The position numbers were made by a program, and so were the translations under genes. From Carpediemonas membranifera BICM (Eukaryota; Protista; Fornicata), in assembly GCA_019828565.1 (NCBI GenBank), contig JAHDYR010000012.1, positions 186,001 through 250,000 on the forward strand: a DNA stretch of 64,000 nt, in the 5' to 3' direction. Of the stretch, positions 55,168 through 63,961 are shown in pieces (the stretch's first letter is position 1; every line of letters starts with the position of its first letter). The notes beneath the pieces are model-generated. The model saw only the letters and a program-made list of their open reading frames with translations. It ran no database searches and had not been told where the DNA came from.

Positions 55168-56301
55168 CTACATGGCCATGATGAGCTCGGCAACCTCGCC
55201 CTCGCCCAACTTCCACTGGACAAGGACGCCATCCAGACCCGCCGTCGACACCACGCCGCCGTCGACAAGGCGGATGGAGGGCACCGTGTTGCGGTGTACC
55301 GTCTGCACGCCCTTGCTCTTCATCGCGGACTCGGCCTTGCCGCTCGACGCCGCGGCCGCCTCGAACTTGGCAAAGGCAGCGCTGCGGGGCTTCTTAGGGC
55401 CACCGCCGATCTCTGCGTTGCCCTTCTTGGGGTCGAGGGACTTCCGCATGGCCCAGCCCTCGGCGTCCTTGGTGAAGAGAAGCGGCTCGGCGTTGTAGCC
55501 GGTGGCGATGGCCGCGGTCTCGTTAATATACACGGCTGCGAGCATAGCCTCGCTGGTGAGAGTGACTGTGGCCACGGGGCAGGGCTGGTCGGCCGAGAGG
55601 GTGACGAAGCGGACCTTGGCGTCGCCCGTGACGATCATCAGCTCATCGCCACTGGGGCTGAAGGCGATGTCCTGAATCCAGGCACCGTCCGTGACGTCGA
55701 GCTCGATAAGGGGCTGGGGGAAGCGGATCGGGGGACCGAAGCCGTACACAGCCTCGGTGGGACGCTTGTCGACTCCCTTCATGACCGCGGCGAACAGCAG
55801 GACCTTGCCGTTCATCCCACCGCACGCGCAGACGATGCCGTTAGGGTGCCAGGCGGCCGCGGTGACGGACTCGGCCATTGATGGGTGGTCCGTGCGGCGG
55901 GACACCCACCACTCGGTCGAGCGGGTGTCACGGTGGCAGATGCAGACACAGTGCTGGCCAGAGGTCACAACAAACTTAGTGCCGTTCGGGGACCAGGCTA
56001 CGGAGAGGGCGGCGCGGTTGATGGGCAGGATGACAAGCTCGGGGGACCAGATGCCGTCAGCAAACGTCCAGACGTAGGCACTGCGATCGTGAGAGCATGA
56101 AACAATGTTGTTCGTCTCATGGCACCAGTCAATAGCGCTAACATGCTGGTCGTGCTTCAGAAGCTTGTGCTTTTCGACAGGACCCTTTTCTGTAATCTCG
56201 AAGATCACAATCTCGTTGTTGTTGGGGCAGATGGCAACTTGAGTGTGATCAGCGTTCCAGGCATGCGCTGAAATGTGCTCAGCAAGCTTGTTCGTCTGCA
56301 T
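55168..56301 (-). CDS. ARPC1: Arp2/3 complex subunit 1 (p41)
   Basis: Motifs HAWNAD.TQVAICPNN, HD..V.AIDW, IVSCSHDR.AYVW, P.LVIL.INRAA..V.WSP and WWVS. Confidence 0.93.
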   Translation of the reverse strand: MQTNKLAEHISAHAWNADHTQVAICPNNNEIVIFEITEKGPVEKHKLLKHDQHVSAIDWCHETNNIVSCSHDRSAYVWTFADGIWSPELVILPINRAALSVAWSPNGTKFVVTSGQHCVCICHRDTRSTEWWVSRRTDHPSMAESVTAAAWHPNGIVCACGGMNGKVLLFAAVMKGVDKRPTEAVYGFGPPIRFPQPLIELDVTDGAWIQDIAFSPSGDELMIVTGDAKVRFVTLSADQPCPVATVTLTSEAMLAAVYINETAAIATGYNAEPLLFTKDAEGWAMRKSLDPKKGNAEIGGGPKKPRSAAFAKFEAAAASSGKAESAMKSKGVQTVHRNTVPSIRLVDGGVVSTAGLDGVLVQWKLGEGEVAELIMAM

Positions 56302-56401
56302 AGTGATGATGAAAATGGAGTGAGGAAATTCATTTACGCGTATACATGCCTCGCCATATACCAACGGTCCAGGCTAATACCAGCGCTCAAATGGTCTAGG
56401 G

Positions 56402-57304
56402 CTAGGAGCTGTCAGCGTATTGGTACCCATCATCCACGCCGTTGTGGAGATGCAGGCGTTGTGCTGAGATTCTGCTGAACGCATTCAATGACGCTGGGGC
56501 AGCCTGTGTCTTGAAAGGGGTTACGGCCGAGCATACTGTATAATACTGCTGTCTCTCGACCATTCCGTGGAACTGGATGTGGGACACGAGCATCTGCATG
56601 GCGCTCTTGTTGTCCACACCACGAGGGACACTGACGTCGGCATTACGCATGCTCGGTTGGATGAAATCGTCATGCGCCGGCTTGACTGTCAGTCTGTACT
56701 GCGTCAGCACGCTCAGGATTGTGCGGCCCCTCTCGGTGATGTCCCGCTCAATCCTGCGGGCAAGTCTCTCGTCCGCATCTGTGTCGACAAAGATCTTGAG
56801 GTCAAACAGCTTGCGGAGCTCATCGTGGAGCAGCACGAAGATCCCCTCCACGAGGACGATGTCTACCGGCTGCACGGTAGTGTAGTCGACCCGCGAGGAC
56901 GTCACGTAGTCATAAACAGGAACCTGCACTGCCTCACCGCGGCGGAGGCCCTGGACAACCTCGATGAGCGCGTTGAAGTCGAACATCTCGGGGTGGTCGA
57001 AGTTGCAGGCCTCCGGGTTGTGCCGCTGCTCCTCAGTAAGGTCGTGGTAGAAGCTGTCGAGGGCAATCACGGTGGCCGTGCGGTTTGGCATCATGCCCTC
57101 GATTGCTTTGCAGCATGAGGTCTTTCCAGACGCGCTGCCGCCTGCAACACCGATGATGAGCGGACCAGCATGCCTCGAAATGTGGCCGCCGCGGAATTTT
57201 TGCAGCAGATCGCTGTTCATTGACGGTGGTGATAGTGCTTGCTCCAGGGATTCACATAAGCTGGACATTGGTTGTTTAAAATTTTGCGACGTGTCACCGC
57301 TCAT
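56402..57304 (-). CDS. UCK: Uridine-cytidine kinase
   Basis: Motifs IGVAGGSASGKT, DSFY, NFDHP, VEGI, RRIERDITERGR and VKPA...FI.P. Confidence 0.93.
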   Translation of the reverse strand: MSGDTSQNFKQPMSSLCESLEQALSPPSMNSDLLQKFRGGHISRHAGPLIIGVAGGSASGKTSCCKAIEGMMPNRTATVIALDSFYHDLTEEQRHNPEACNFDHPEMFDFNALIEVVQGLRRGEAVQVPVYDYVTSSRVDYTTVQPVDIVLVEGIFVLLHDELRKLFDLKIFVDTDADERLARRIERDITERGRTILSVLTQYRLTVKPAHDDFIQPSMRNADVSVPRGVDNKSAMQMLVSHIQFHGMVERQQYYTVCSAVTPFKTQAAPASLNAFSRISAQRLHLHNGVDDGYQYADSS

Positions 57305-57493
57305 AATCAAAACGAATCTCAGATCCGTGACAGCCGGTGTTGCTGGACGATGCCGCCCACTACAGCAGTCCCGGTGAGAGTAGCTTGAGTCGAGTCACAG
57401 TTCCCCCCAAAGCTGAAGAAACTGACCAGGGGCAGCACGAACTGCCTTTTTTAAGTGCGAGACGCCAGACACCAGTAAATCGACGAATTTACT

Positions 57494-58756
57494 CTATAAA
57501 AACGTACTCCGTAAATTGCTCGAGTCGAATACCTGCATCCCTAACGCCCCGAGCATGTCGTCGTCTGTCGGGCTGGGGATCGGCGAGTCGAGCTCCGCGG
57601 GCACCTCCGCCGGACCCAGCGAGGGGGAGGCCTCCCACCTCCGCTCGACCTTCTTGTGGGTCTTGGGCAGTGTAAGGTCGAGCTCGTCAGCGAGGGCCTG
57701 GGCTTCCGCCTCGAGCCGGGTGACGGTCTCGACGAGGCGATGGAAGTATCGGATGTACTCGGAGATCTGGAAACTCACGGCCTCCAGGCGGTAGTTGCGG
57801 CCGAGCTTGATCGTCGCCCGCTTGGACTGCTCCGTCGTCTCGGCCAGCAGCCAGGCGCCCTTGAACGGCCCCAGCGCGCTGCTCAGTCGCCGCCTCTCGA
57901 ACTTGGTCTTCTGCACGAGTTCCTCTCGGGTCAGGGGCCCGTTTCTCAGTGCGTGCACGACTCTGCATATGATTGTCTCGACGGACTGGTTGTGTCGGAT
58001 GGACCTGTCCTCCATGGCGGATTCCAGGGGGAAGATGCAATCGCCCAGGTACCCCAGCTGCTCGGAGATCGGCTTGAACATGCCAGTCTGCTCGTGCATC
58101 GCACGGACGGCATCGGCGAAGGCCTTGTCGTCGGCCCGGTACCCCGTCTGGACCATGTTCAGCAGGGTGAAGTCGGGCGGTGTGATGTCGTCCGGGTTGA
58201 CCAATGTGTGGGTCAGCAGATGTTGGTGGAGGAAGCAGAGTGGGTCCGGCCGGACCCGCGGGCCCATAGAGAGGACGAACTCGGCCGCGGGATGGACTAG
58301 GGGAACCACGGGGGCGTCAGTCCGGACTGTGAGCTTGGACGGACCCCTGGGCGTGTGGGCCGGCGGGTCGGGGCTCGGTTCCATGTCTACATCCTCCTCC
58401 TCGGGGATCGGCATGCCGGGGGTCTCGCTGCGGCCGTAGATGGAAGGGGAAGGCACCCATGTCCCTATCTGTGGGTCGAAGCCGAGCGGCTGGTCGTAAT
58501 CGAGGAAACTGAGGTCCGAAAAGGCCGGTGAGGCGGGGAAGACGTCGAGCTCGGCGAAAGCGCGCATCGTCTCGGGGTCAATGTCGCTATGTGCTGAGAG
58601 AACGCCGATTCCTGTTCCAGCGGCGTACTGGACGTCGAGGGGCGGCGGGCGGAAGGGCGAGGACGGATCCTGCTGCGGGGGGAAGCCGAACAGATGGCCT
58701 TCATCGCTTACCGGATTCTTTTGGCGATTATTTGCGCGCTCATGATGCGCATCCAT
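57494..58756 (-). CDS. Hypothetical protein with a divergent E2F/DP-like winged helix plus coiled coil
   Basis: RHNQSV..I...V..L..GPL...L...T.FERRRL...L..F.G..LL parallels the E2F DNA-binding domain and is followed by a heptad repeat. Confidence 0.45.
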   Translation of the reverse strand: MDAHHERANNRQKNPVSDEGHLFGFPPQQDPSSPFRPPPLDVQYAAGTGIGVLSAHSDIDPETMRAFAELDVFPASPAFSDLSFLDYDQPLGFDPQIGTWVPSPSIYGRSETPGMPIPEEEDVDMEPSPDPPAHTPRGPSKLTVRTDAPVVPLVHPAAEFVLSMGPRVRPDPLCFLHQHLLTHTLVNPDDITPPDFTLLNMVQTGYRADDKAFADAVRAMHEQTGMFKPISEQLGYLGDCIFPLESAMEDRSIRHNQSVETIICRVVHALRNGPLTREELVQKTKFERRRLSSALGPFKGAWLLAETTEQSKRATIKLGRNYRLEAVSFQISEYIRYFHRLVETVTRLEAEAQALADELDLTLPKTHKKVERRWEASPSLGPAEVPAELDSPIPSPTDDDMLGALGMQVFDSSNLRSTFL

Positions 58757-58944
58757 TACAGTTTCATTGCTCTGGCTGGGTTCGCAAGCGATGCCTGCGA
58801 ATGAAGTCCGACTGCTGCGAGTCCGGGAGTCGGTGTCAGTGCGTGCCAGCAAGTGAGCAGAGAACACCAGGCTGCATCACCAATGTTGGTCGGACTTCCT
58901 GCTGCATGGACACTCCAACCACGGGCAAACTAAACTCTTTAAAC

Positions 58945-60154
58945 TTAAATGCGGGACTTGGCCACGAGCGCCGCCTCATCATCGAGCTCAGTGTCATCAG
59001 CCATGTCGTCCGCCATCTTCTCCTCCTCGACCACACCCGACCGTTCCAGATTCGCCTCCAAGAACATGGACAACAGTTGGATCGAGATGTTCTTTGGCGG
59101 CCAGCCCGACCAGAAGCCAAGGTGCCCTCCGCTGGGGAACAGGATGGTCTGTACATTCACTGGGAACGACCCGAGCAGCTGGTGGTCGGACTTGCTGAGC
59201 AGCGGGTCGTTGGCGGCCTGCATGATCAGCAGGGGGACGTGCACGAGCTCGTCTTTCCAGTGCCGGGCATTCAGCTCCCGGTAGTACTCGTGCGCGCGGG
59301 ATCTAGGGTATCCAAACGTCGGGGCGATGACCTCCTCGACGAACTCTCGGGCGCCGACGCACTTGCGGATGATGTCTGGGGTCACGCCACACTCCTCGAG
59401 GCCGATGTTCTCGCCGTGTTCGACAGCGTCTAACAGGGGGCCGCGGGCTGCGTCGAGCATGCCGCCCCTGTACATCTTGGACAGGCCGTTGTCAAGGGCG
59501 TCGACCGTTTTCTCGAGCTCAAGGGGGGTGGAGGTAGCTACGCCGACCTTAACCGCGGGGTGTGGGTCCCTGAGGTAGCGGAGGACGATCACACCGCCGA
59601 GGCTCCAGCCGCAGACGGCGATGGGGGCTCCTGGGAACTTCTCGACGACGTGCTCGACCACCTCCTTGAGATCCGCGTCACACATCGCACTGAAGGACTT
59701 CGCCCTCGTCTGCGGAGTCGACACGCCGCGGCCGTCCACGCCAATGGCCCGCCAGCCATGTCGGTGGGCCATGTGCATCGATGCGATCATGTACTGCGAC
59801 GTCGAGTCACCAGAAAGGCCGTGGATCAGCAGCACGACGGGAGCATCTACTGGGAGTGGGTCTGCGTCTGTGAGGGGCGTGCGGAAGTAGCAGAGCTGTG
59901 TGAGCGTGTCTTGGGGGACAAACGGAGTTGTACTCGCCGTCGGAGAGCTGGAACGGGAAGCGGTGGAATCTAGTAAGGTTAGGATTCTTGCCAACGCGTT
60001 TGTTGTGAAAAATCACAGGGACAATCGTCTCCAGGTGGGCGCGGGCCTTCTTAACGGGTAGGAGGCGGAAGGGCGTCTTCATTTCGAGTGGAGACTTGAG
60101 GTGCTTGCCACTAGCAAAGAAATGCTTTGCTCCGTTAGCAATAAGACTTTCCAT
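58945..60154 (-). CDS. Alpha/beta hydrolase (ABHD1-3/YheT-like); 28-nt intron 59896-59923; may have further 5' exon(s) up to about 60400
   Basis: HGLSGDS, GWSLGG nucleophile elbow, AANDPL and GGHLGF; frames joined by GTTTGT...CTCACACAG. Confidence 0.88.
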
Positions 60155-60405
60155 GTCAAAGGATGGAAGTGTTACAGCGAGGGAGCATGCAGGTTAAGCG
60201 AAGATCGATCCGATTTCGAGATATAAAACGGCCCTGATGCTGGCACGAGTGCAGGGCCAGCCTACCAATGCCCGTGACTGTTCAGGTTCATTGGGCGGGT
60301 GGTGCAGGGTCGCCTTATCCTGCCCGACAGTCGACGGACTACTGAAAGCTACTGAAAGCAAAGCTCGATTTACTACCAGCAGCACGATACATACCCCCAC
60401 CGCAC

Positions 60406-61848
60406 TCAGCCCTCTTCGAGCTGGAACACGACCACCTGCTCCAACCGCCCCGCCGCCACGACAAACAGCTGGACCTCGCCGGTCACCTCGTGCTGGGGTC
60501 GGCCCACCTTCCCGAACCGGATCGCGACTGAGTAACTGCGGCGGCCGTCCGCTGAGAGGTCCCCGGGGGCCGCGGCGACGGCCTCCATCACGCGGCAGTT
60601 CGACCGCACGTACCAGATCTTGGCAGGATCAGTCGGCTCAGATTCTTGCCAGGTGAATCTTTTCTTGATCTGGTTGGAGCGTGATAGTTTGACATTGAAT
60701 CGCCGGCATGTGACATTTTCGGGCAGCTCGGCGTGACAGACCAACATGTAAGGGTACAGCAGGCTCCACTCACCGTCAATGTTCAAAGTCACCAGCTCGT
60801 ATGACAACCCGGCCGTGACAGGCGTGTATTTGACAATCACACCGTACATCTCGTCATCCTCGACCGCAAATTCTGAGTCACCCTCGACTTCACAGCAGTG
60901 GGAAGTCGTCTTGATCCAGACGGTCCCAGGGTCGCCCCGATGCCGGTACATCAGCTGGGCACCGACCATGCAGCCGACCGTGGTGTGGAGGTCGACCCGG
61001 CGGGCCGCCCGGAACTCGACGTGAATCAGTTGAAGGGGAAGTAGGCCGCGATACACAATGATCCAGGAGTCGAGGGAGTTTGTAGTCGAGTTGAATCTCT
61101 TGTGAAGAGTCACGTCGAGGTCGACCGTCTTGGCGTCCACGGCTGTCAAAAAGGCGTCAACGTCGCCATATCCCTGGGTCACTGTGACATGGACATCCTC
61201 ATGGGCGTACTGTTCGTTGGGCCCAGCTCTCACCAGGGACTGCCCCGAGTAGGTTGGGGAGATCACGTCGGCCCTGCCCGACTCCAGGTCGAGTCGGACA
61301 GTCATCCTCGGGTAGGGCACTGGGTCCACGGGTGTCGACGTCGGCACCCAGAACACGGGGCTGAACGAGGCGACCGGTGGGGCTGGGGAGACCTCGACGG
61401 GGATGGCGAGGTTGTCCTGGCCCGATTGGACCCGGACGGTGAGGGTGAACGACTCGGCCTTGGAAAAGATGGAGAGCTTCAAACTCTTCACACTGAGGTA
61501 TATGTTGAGCTGAGAGCCGCTGTCAAGGGCGAAGGAGGGAGAGTGGGAGTCGCCCTCAAAGATGGACTCCAGCACGAAGGGGGGCGCCAGGCCTGTATGT
61601 GTCCGATATGTTTCGCTATCGGTGATGAAATCTGCCTCTATCCCCTCGAGGGGATCAATAGTGAGGACAAACTCGCGGTCTTCCCGATAGGGGTTCTGGA
61701 AAGGGATGTACGTCATCGTTGGATAGCCTAAAAGAAGCTGCGCACGTTTCTTATTCGCTTCAAGCTTGTCTGGCCTGTTGAGAAAGTCTATAGAGGCCAT
61801 TGACCTGCGCCACTGTCTTAAAGTGCGGTGGCCATGGTGGAGACACAC
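60406..61848 (-). CDS. Nephrocystin-4 (NPHP4)-like protein, C-terminal Ig-like region; 5' end uncertain
   Basis: FQNPY...F.L.ID...FITDSE.YR and terminal KRFTW...SN...IRF...V.LFV resemble NPHP4 by eye. Confidence 0.55.
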   Translation of the reverse strand: MCLHHGHRTLRQWRRSMASIDFLNRPDKLEANKKRAQLLLGYPTMTYIPFQNPYREDREFVLTIDPLEGIEADFITDSETYRTHTGLAPPFVLESIFEGDSHSPSFALDSGSQLNIYLSVKSLKLSIFSKAESFTLTVRVQSGQDNLAIPVEVSPAPPVASFSPVFWVPTSTPVDPVPYPRMTVRLDLESGRADVISPTYSGQSLVRAGPNEQYAHEDVHVTVTQGYGDVDAFLTAVDAKTVDLDVTLHKRFNSTTNSLDSWIIVYRGLLPLQLIHVEFRAARRVDLHTTVGCMVGAQLMYRHRGDPGTVWIKTTSHCCEVEGDSEFAVEDDEMYGVIVKYTPVTAGLSYELVTLNIDGEWSLLYPYMLVCHAELPENVTCRRFNVKLSRSNQIKKRFTWQESEPTDPAKIWYVRSNCRVMEAVAAAPGDLSADGRRSYSVAIRFGKVGRPQHEVTGEVQLFVVAAGRLEQVVVFQLEEG

Positions 61849-62455
61849 TGCCGTTGGGGTAGAAGTAGTTCTGCCGTTGAGGTACTGCTTGTAAACATCC
61901 GTGTTGCTGGGCTTGGAACATCACCACACGATTTTCAATCAGTTGATTGGCCCAGCGTGGCACGCTCACCCGTGTCGGCAACTGCGAGTGTGTGTTACTG
62001 CGAGCAGACAATGGGCTGAACTAGGAGTGCGCCTGTGTCTCACTCCAGTCTTGATCCGCGGCATTGGTGCTCACCGTCGCGCCTTGCTCGAAAATACCGT
62101 ATTTCGGTTTTCCCGCAACATTCAAGGCATCGCCATCATCAATCGCATCATAGGGTCCGGAGCAGCCGAGCGGCATTCGTGCTGGAAAGATATGCAGTCA
62201 TCACCACACAATCAACCGTGACAAATGATGTCTAAATCTACTTCTTATCTGTATACGCATCCAACAGCGCTATTCCGGGGTTCTCTCCTTTTTATATCAT
62301 TCTAACTGCTTAGAAAGCTCCAATGCTGTTGACAGAGACGTCAACCATCTGAACAGAGGAAGTAGAAGCGACCGCGTCGCAGCTGTAGGTTTCATAGGTG
62401 TCCTTGCACCCGCCATTGTTGTTGCCCATGACTTTTCGGACAGAAATTGCTTTGC

Positions 62456-62485
62456 TGTGCTGCGCAGGATTAGAATTGTTGAGTC
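62456..62485. repeat. 30-bp direct repeat, copy downstream of the Fanzor ORF
   Basis: TGTGCTGCGCAGGATTAGAATTGTTGAGTC matches 63932-63961 at 29/30. Confidence 0.95.
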
Positions 62486-62600
62486 CAAAACACACAGTGA
62501 TCCAAGCAGCATCAGGATCGCAGTGTGGTTCATCATACTCCATCAATCGTGCGCTGCATATCACGCGCGCTGCAGCGCGTGCTTGCTCAACTTAGCAAGT
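62486..62600 (-). ncRNA. Candidate Fanzor omega-RNA scaffold
   Basis: Three consecutive hairpins immediately 3' of the Fanzor stop: 62582-87/62594-99; 62562-68/62575-81; 62491-95/62523-27 with 62499-503/62515-19. This is where omega-RNAs are known to lie. Confidence 0.5.
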
Positions 62601-63478
62601 TAATGATAGCGAGGAAGAGCACCTCTCTGGGAGTCGTAGTGGAAAGGAGATTGCTCTATCTGATCTGAAGTTGCATCGAAGGTGCACCAAAGGATGTTCT
62701 CGCTGGCGCTCTTATCTCGGTGAGAGAGATTGAGAAGTATGTCTCTCTGCTCGGGATGCCGACGTAGCCGTTCAACGCGCCATGGAGCTCCCTCGCACGC
62801 GGGATTCTGGCAGAGCATGGTGCGGTGTGTGTGCACCACACGTCTGAAGTGTGCTTTGCAGTGTGGGCACACGATGGAAGTGCGGAATTCGGAGACCATG
62901 TTGACACTCACGACGACGTTGTGCCGGAGCATTATGCCAGGAAGTGCTCGAGCAAAGTGGCGGTACGGAGCACAGGAGGGAGTGCCGGCGGAACCGAACA
63001 GTGCAGCCCCATACGCGACTTCGAGGTGAATGGGCTCCGGGGGGCGCCCGCCGAGATCATCCAGGAGTTGACGTCCAGCCCGAGCGAAGTGCTTCTGGCG
63101 CAGACGGTGATTGGCAAAAGTCGCACGGCGGAAACACTTTCTCATCCCCTCGTTGATGATCTGAACGATGTTCTTCTTCTCATGGACAAACCTAATCGAC
63201 TGTTTGAGAGCCTCTAGACTTGTCGTTTTGAACGATGCTGCGCTCATATTCACGCGGAAAGAGGGGGTGGCAGTGTAGCCACACTTAGCGAGTACGCCAG
63301 ATACACTCTGCCCGTCTGGGCGGCGGATCGTGTAGCCGCCCAGCGACCGAGCACCAGGGTCGAAGCCCATGAGAGCTTGAATGTCCGGGGCAGGAGTAGC
63401 CTCAGCGTCATCCTGACCGAGCCCGCTTGTTATTGCTACCCTTTTTGTACGTGGGCCGGTCAGCCACCCGACCGCCAC
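62600..63478 (-). CDS. Fanzor (eukaryotic TnpB-family RuvC nuclease), Fanzor1-like, apparently N-terminally truncated
   Basis: RuvC-I GFDPG; SFKT.S...RR.TF...RQK helical region; VAYG with an alternative glutamate in VSEFRTS; Zn finger CPHC...CQNPAC; RuvC-III HRDKSASENI. Confidence 0.9.
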   Translation of the reverse strand: MAVGWLTGPRTKRVAITSGLGQDDAEATPAPDIQALMGFDPGARSLGGYTIRRPDGQSVSGVLAKCGYTATPSFRVNMSAASFKTTSLEALKQSIRFVHEKKNIVQIINEGMRKCFRRATFANHRLRQKHFARAGRQLLDDLGGRPPEPIHLEVAYGAALFGSAGTPSCAPYRHFARALPGIMLRHNVVVSVNMVSEFRTSIVCPHCKAHFRRVVHTHRTMLCQNPACEGAPWRVERLRRHPEQRDILLNLSHRDKSASENILWCTFDATSDQIEQSPFHYDSQRGALPRYH

Positions 63479-63720
63479 GGTATTTCTCGCGACCCACCCA
63501 AACCGTCACGTTACGTTAATCTCGCCAATGGCCTTGTTAACGGAAGCCTTCACCGTGTATATCTTGGAAGGCGGAGTCTATTGAGCTGCCTGCATCGATC
63601 ATTTCTTTTCAGGGTTCATCAGCTAGCAGCATCCCTCAAAACACAAGAAACCAGCATCATACAGCACAAAGCGTCTTTACTACTAGTTACAACCGCTTTC
63701 CACCACTAGTGTCTCTCACA

Positions 63721-63904
63721 ACAGACGAAGATGACGAAGACGACGACGACATGAGCTTCAGACGCCGGCAATGGACGACAGATGAGCGCGTAACAGACGA
63801 GCACAGACGCGAAAGAAGACCGCAGCGTTCGACACAGACGATGGACGACGCATCTTTTCGTGCAGACCGACGACTGAAAGCACGAAAGCCCGATGGTACA
63901 GACG
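63721..63904. repeat. Iterated ACAGACG motif array
   Basis: Perfect ACAGACG at 63721, 63793, 63803, 63834 and 63898; variants at 63759, 63778 and 63863; ATGGACGAC twice (63771, 63841). All in the same orientation. Confidence 0.75.
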
Positions 63905-63931
63905 AGGGCTGAAGTGGGTGAGTGGAGGTAG

Positions 63932-63961
63932 TGTGCCGCGCAGGATTAGAATTGTTGAGTC
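63932..63961. repeat. 30-bp direct repeat, copy upstream of the Fanzor ORF
   Basis: TGTGCCGCGCAGGATTAGAATTGTTGAGTC matches 62456-62485. Confidence 0.95.

Larger units (their letters stand above)
62486..63931 (-). mobile_element. Putative non-autonomous Fanzor-carrying element (about 1.45 kb) between 30-bp direct repeats
   Basis: Fanzor ORF, 3' hairpins and 5' iterated motifs bounded by the direct repeat; no transposase in the interval; sequence character differs from neighbouring host genes. Confidence 0.55.

Noticed and set aside
63704-63933. Stand-alone CACTA MITE (CACTA...TAGTG)
   Set aside because: The termini match for only 5 bp and the flanking triplets differ (CAC vs TGC); kept only as a weak hint.
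62456-63961. CRISPR array from the 30-bp repeats
   Set aside because: Only two copies 1.45 kb apart, no spacer periodicity, eukaryotic context.
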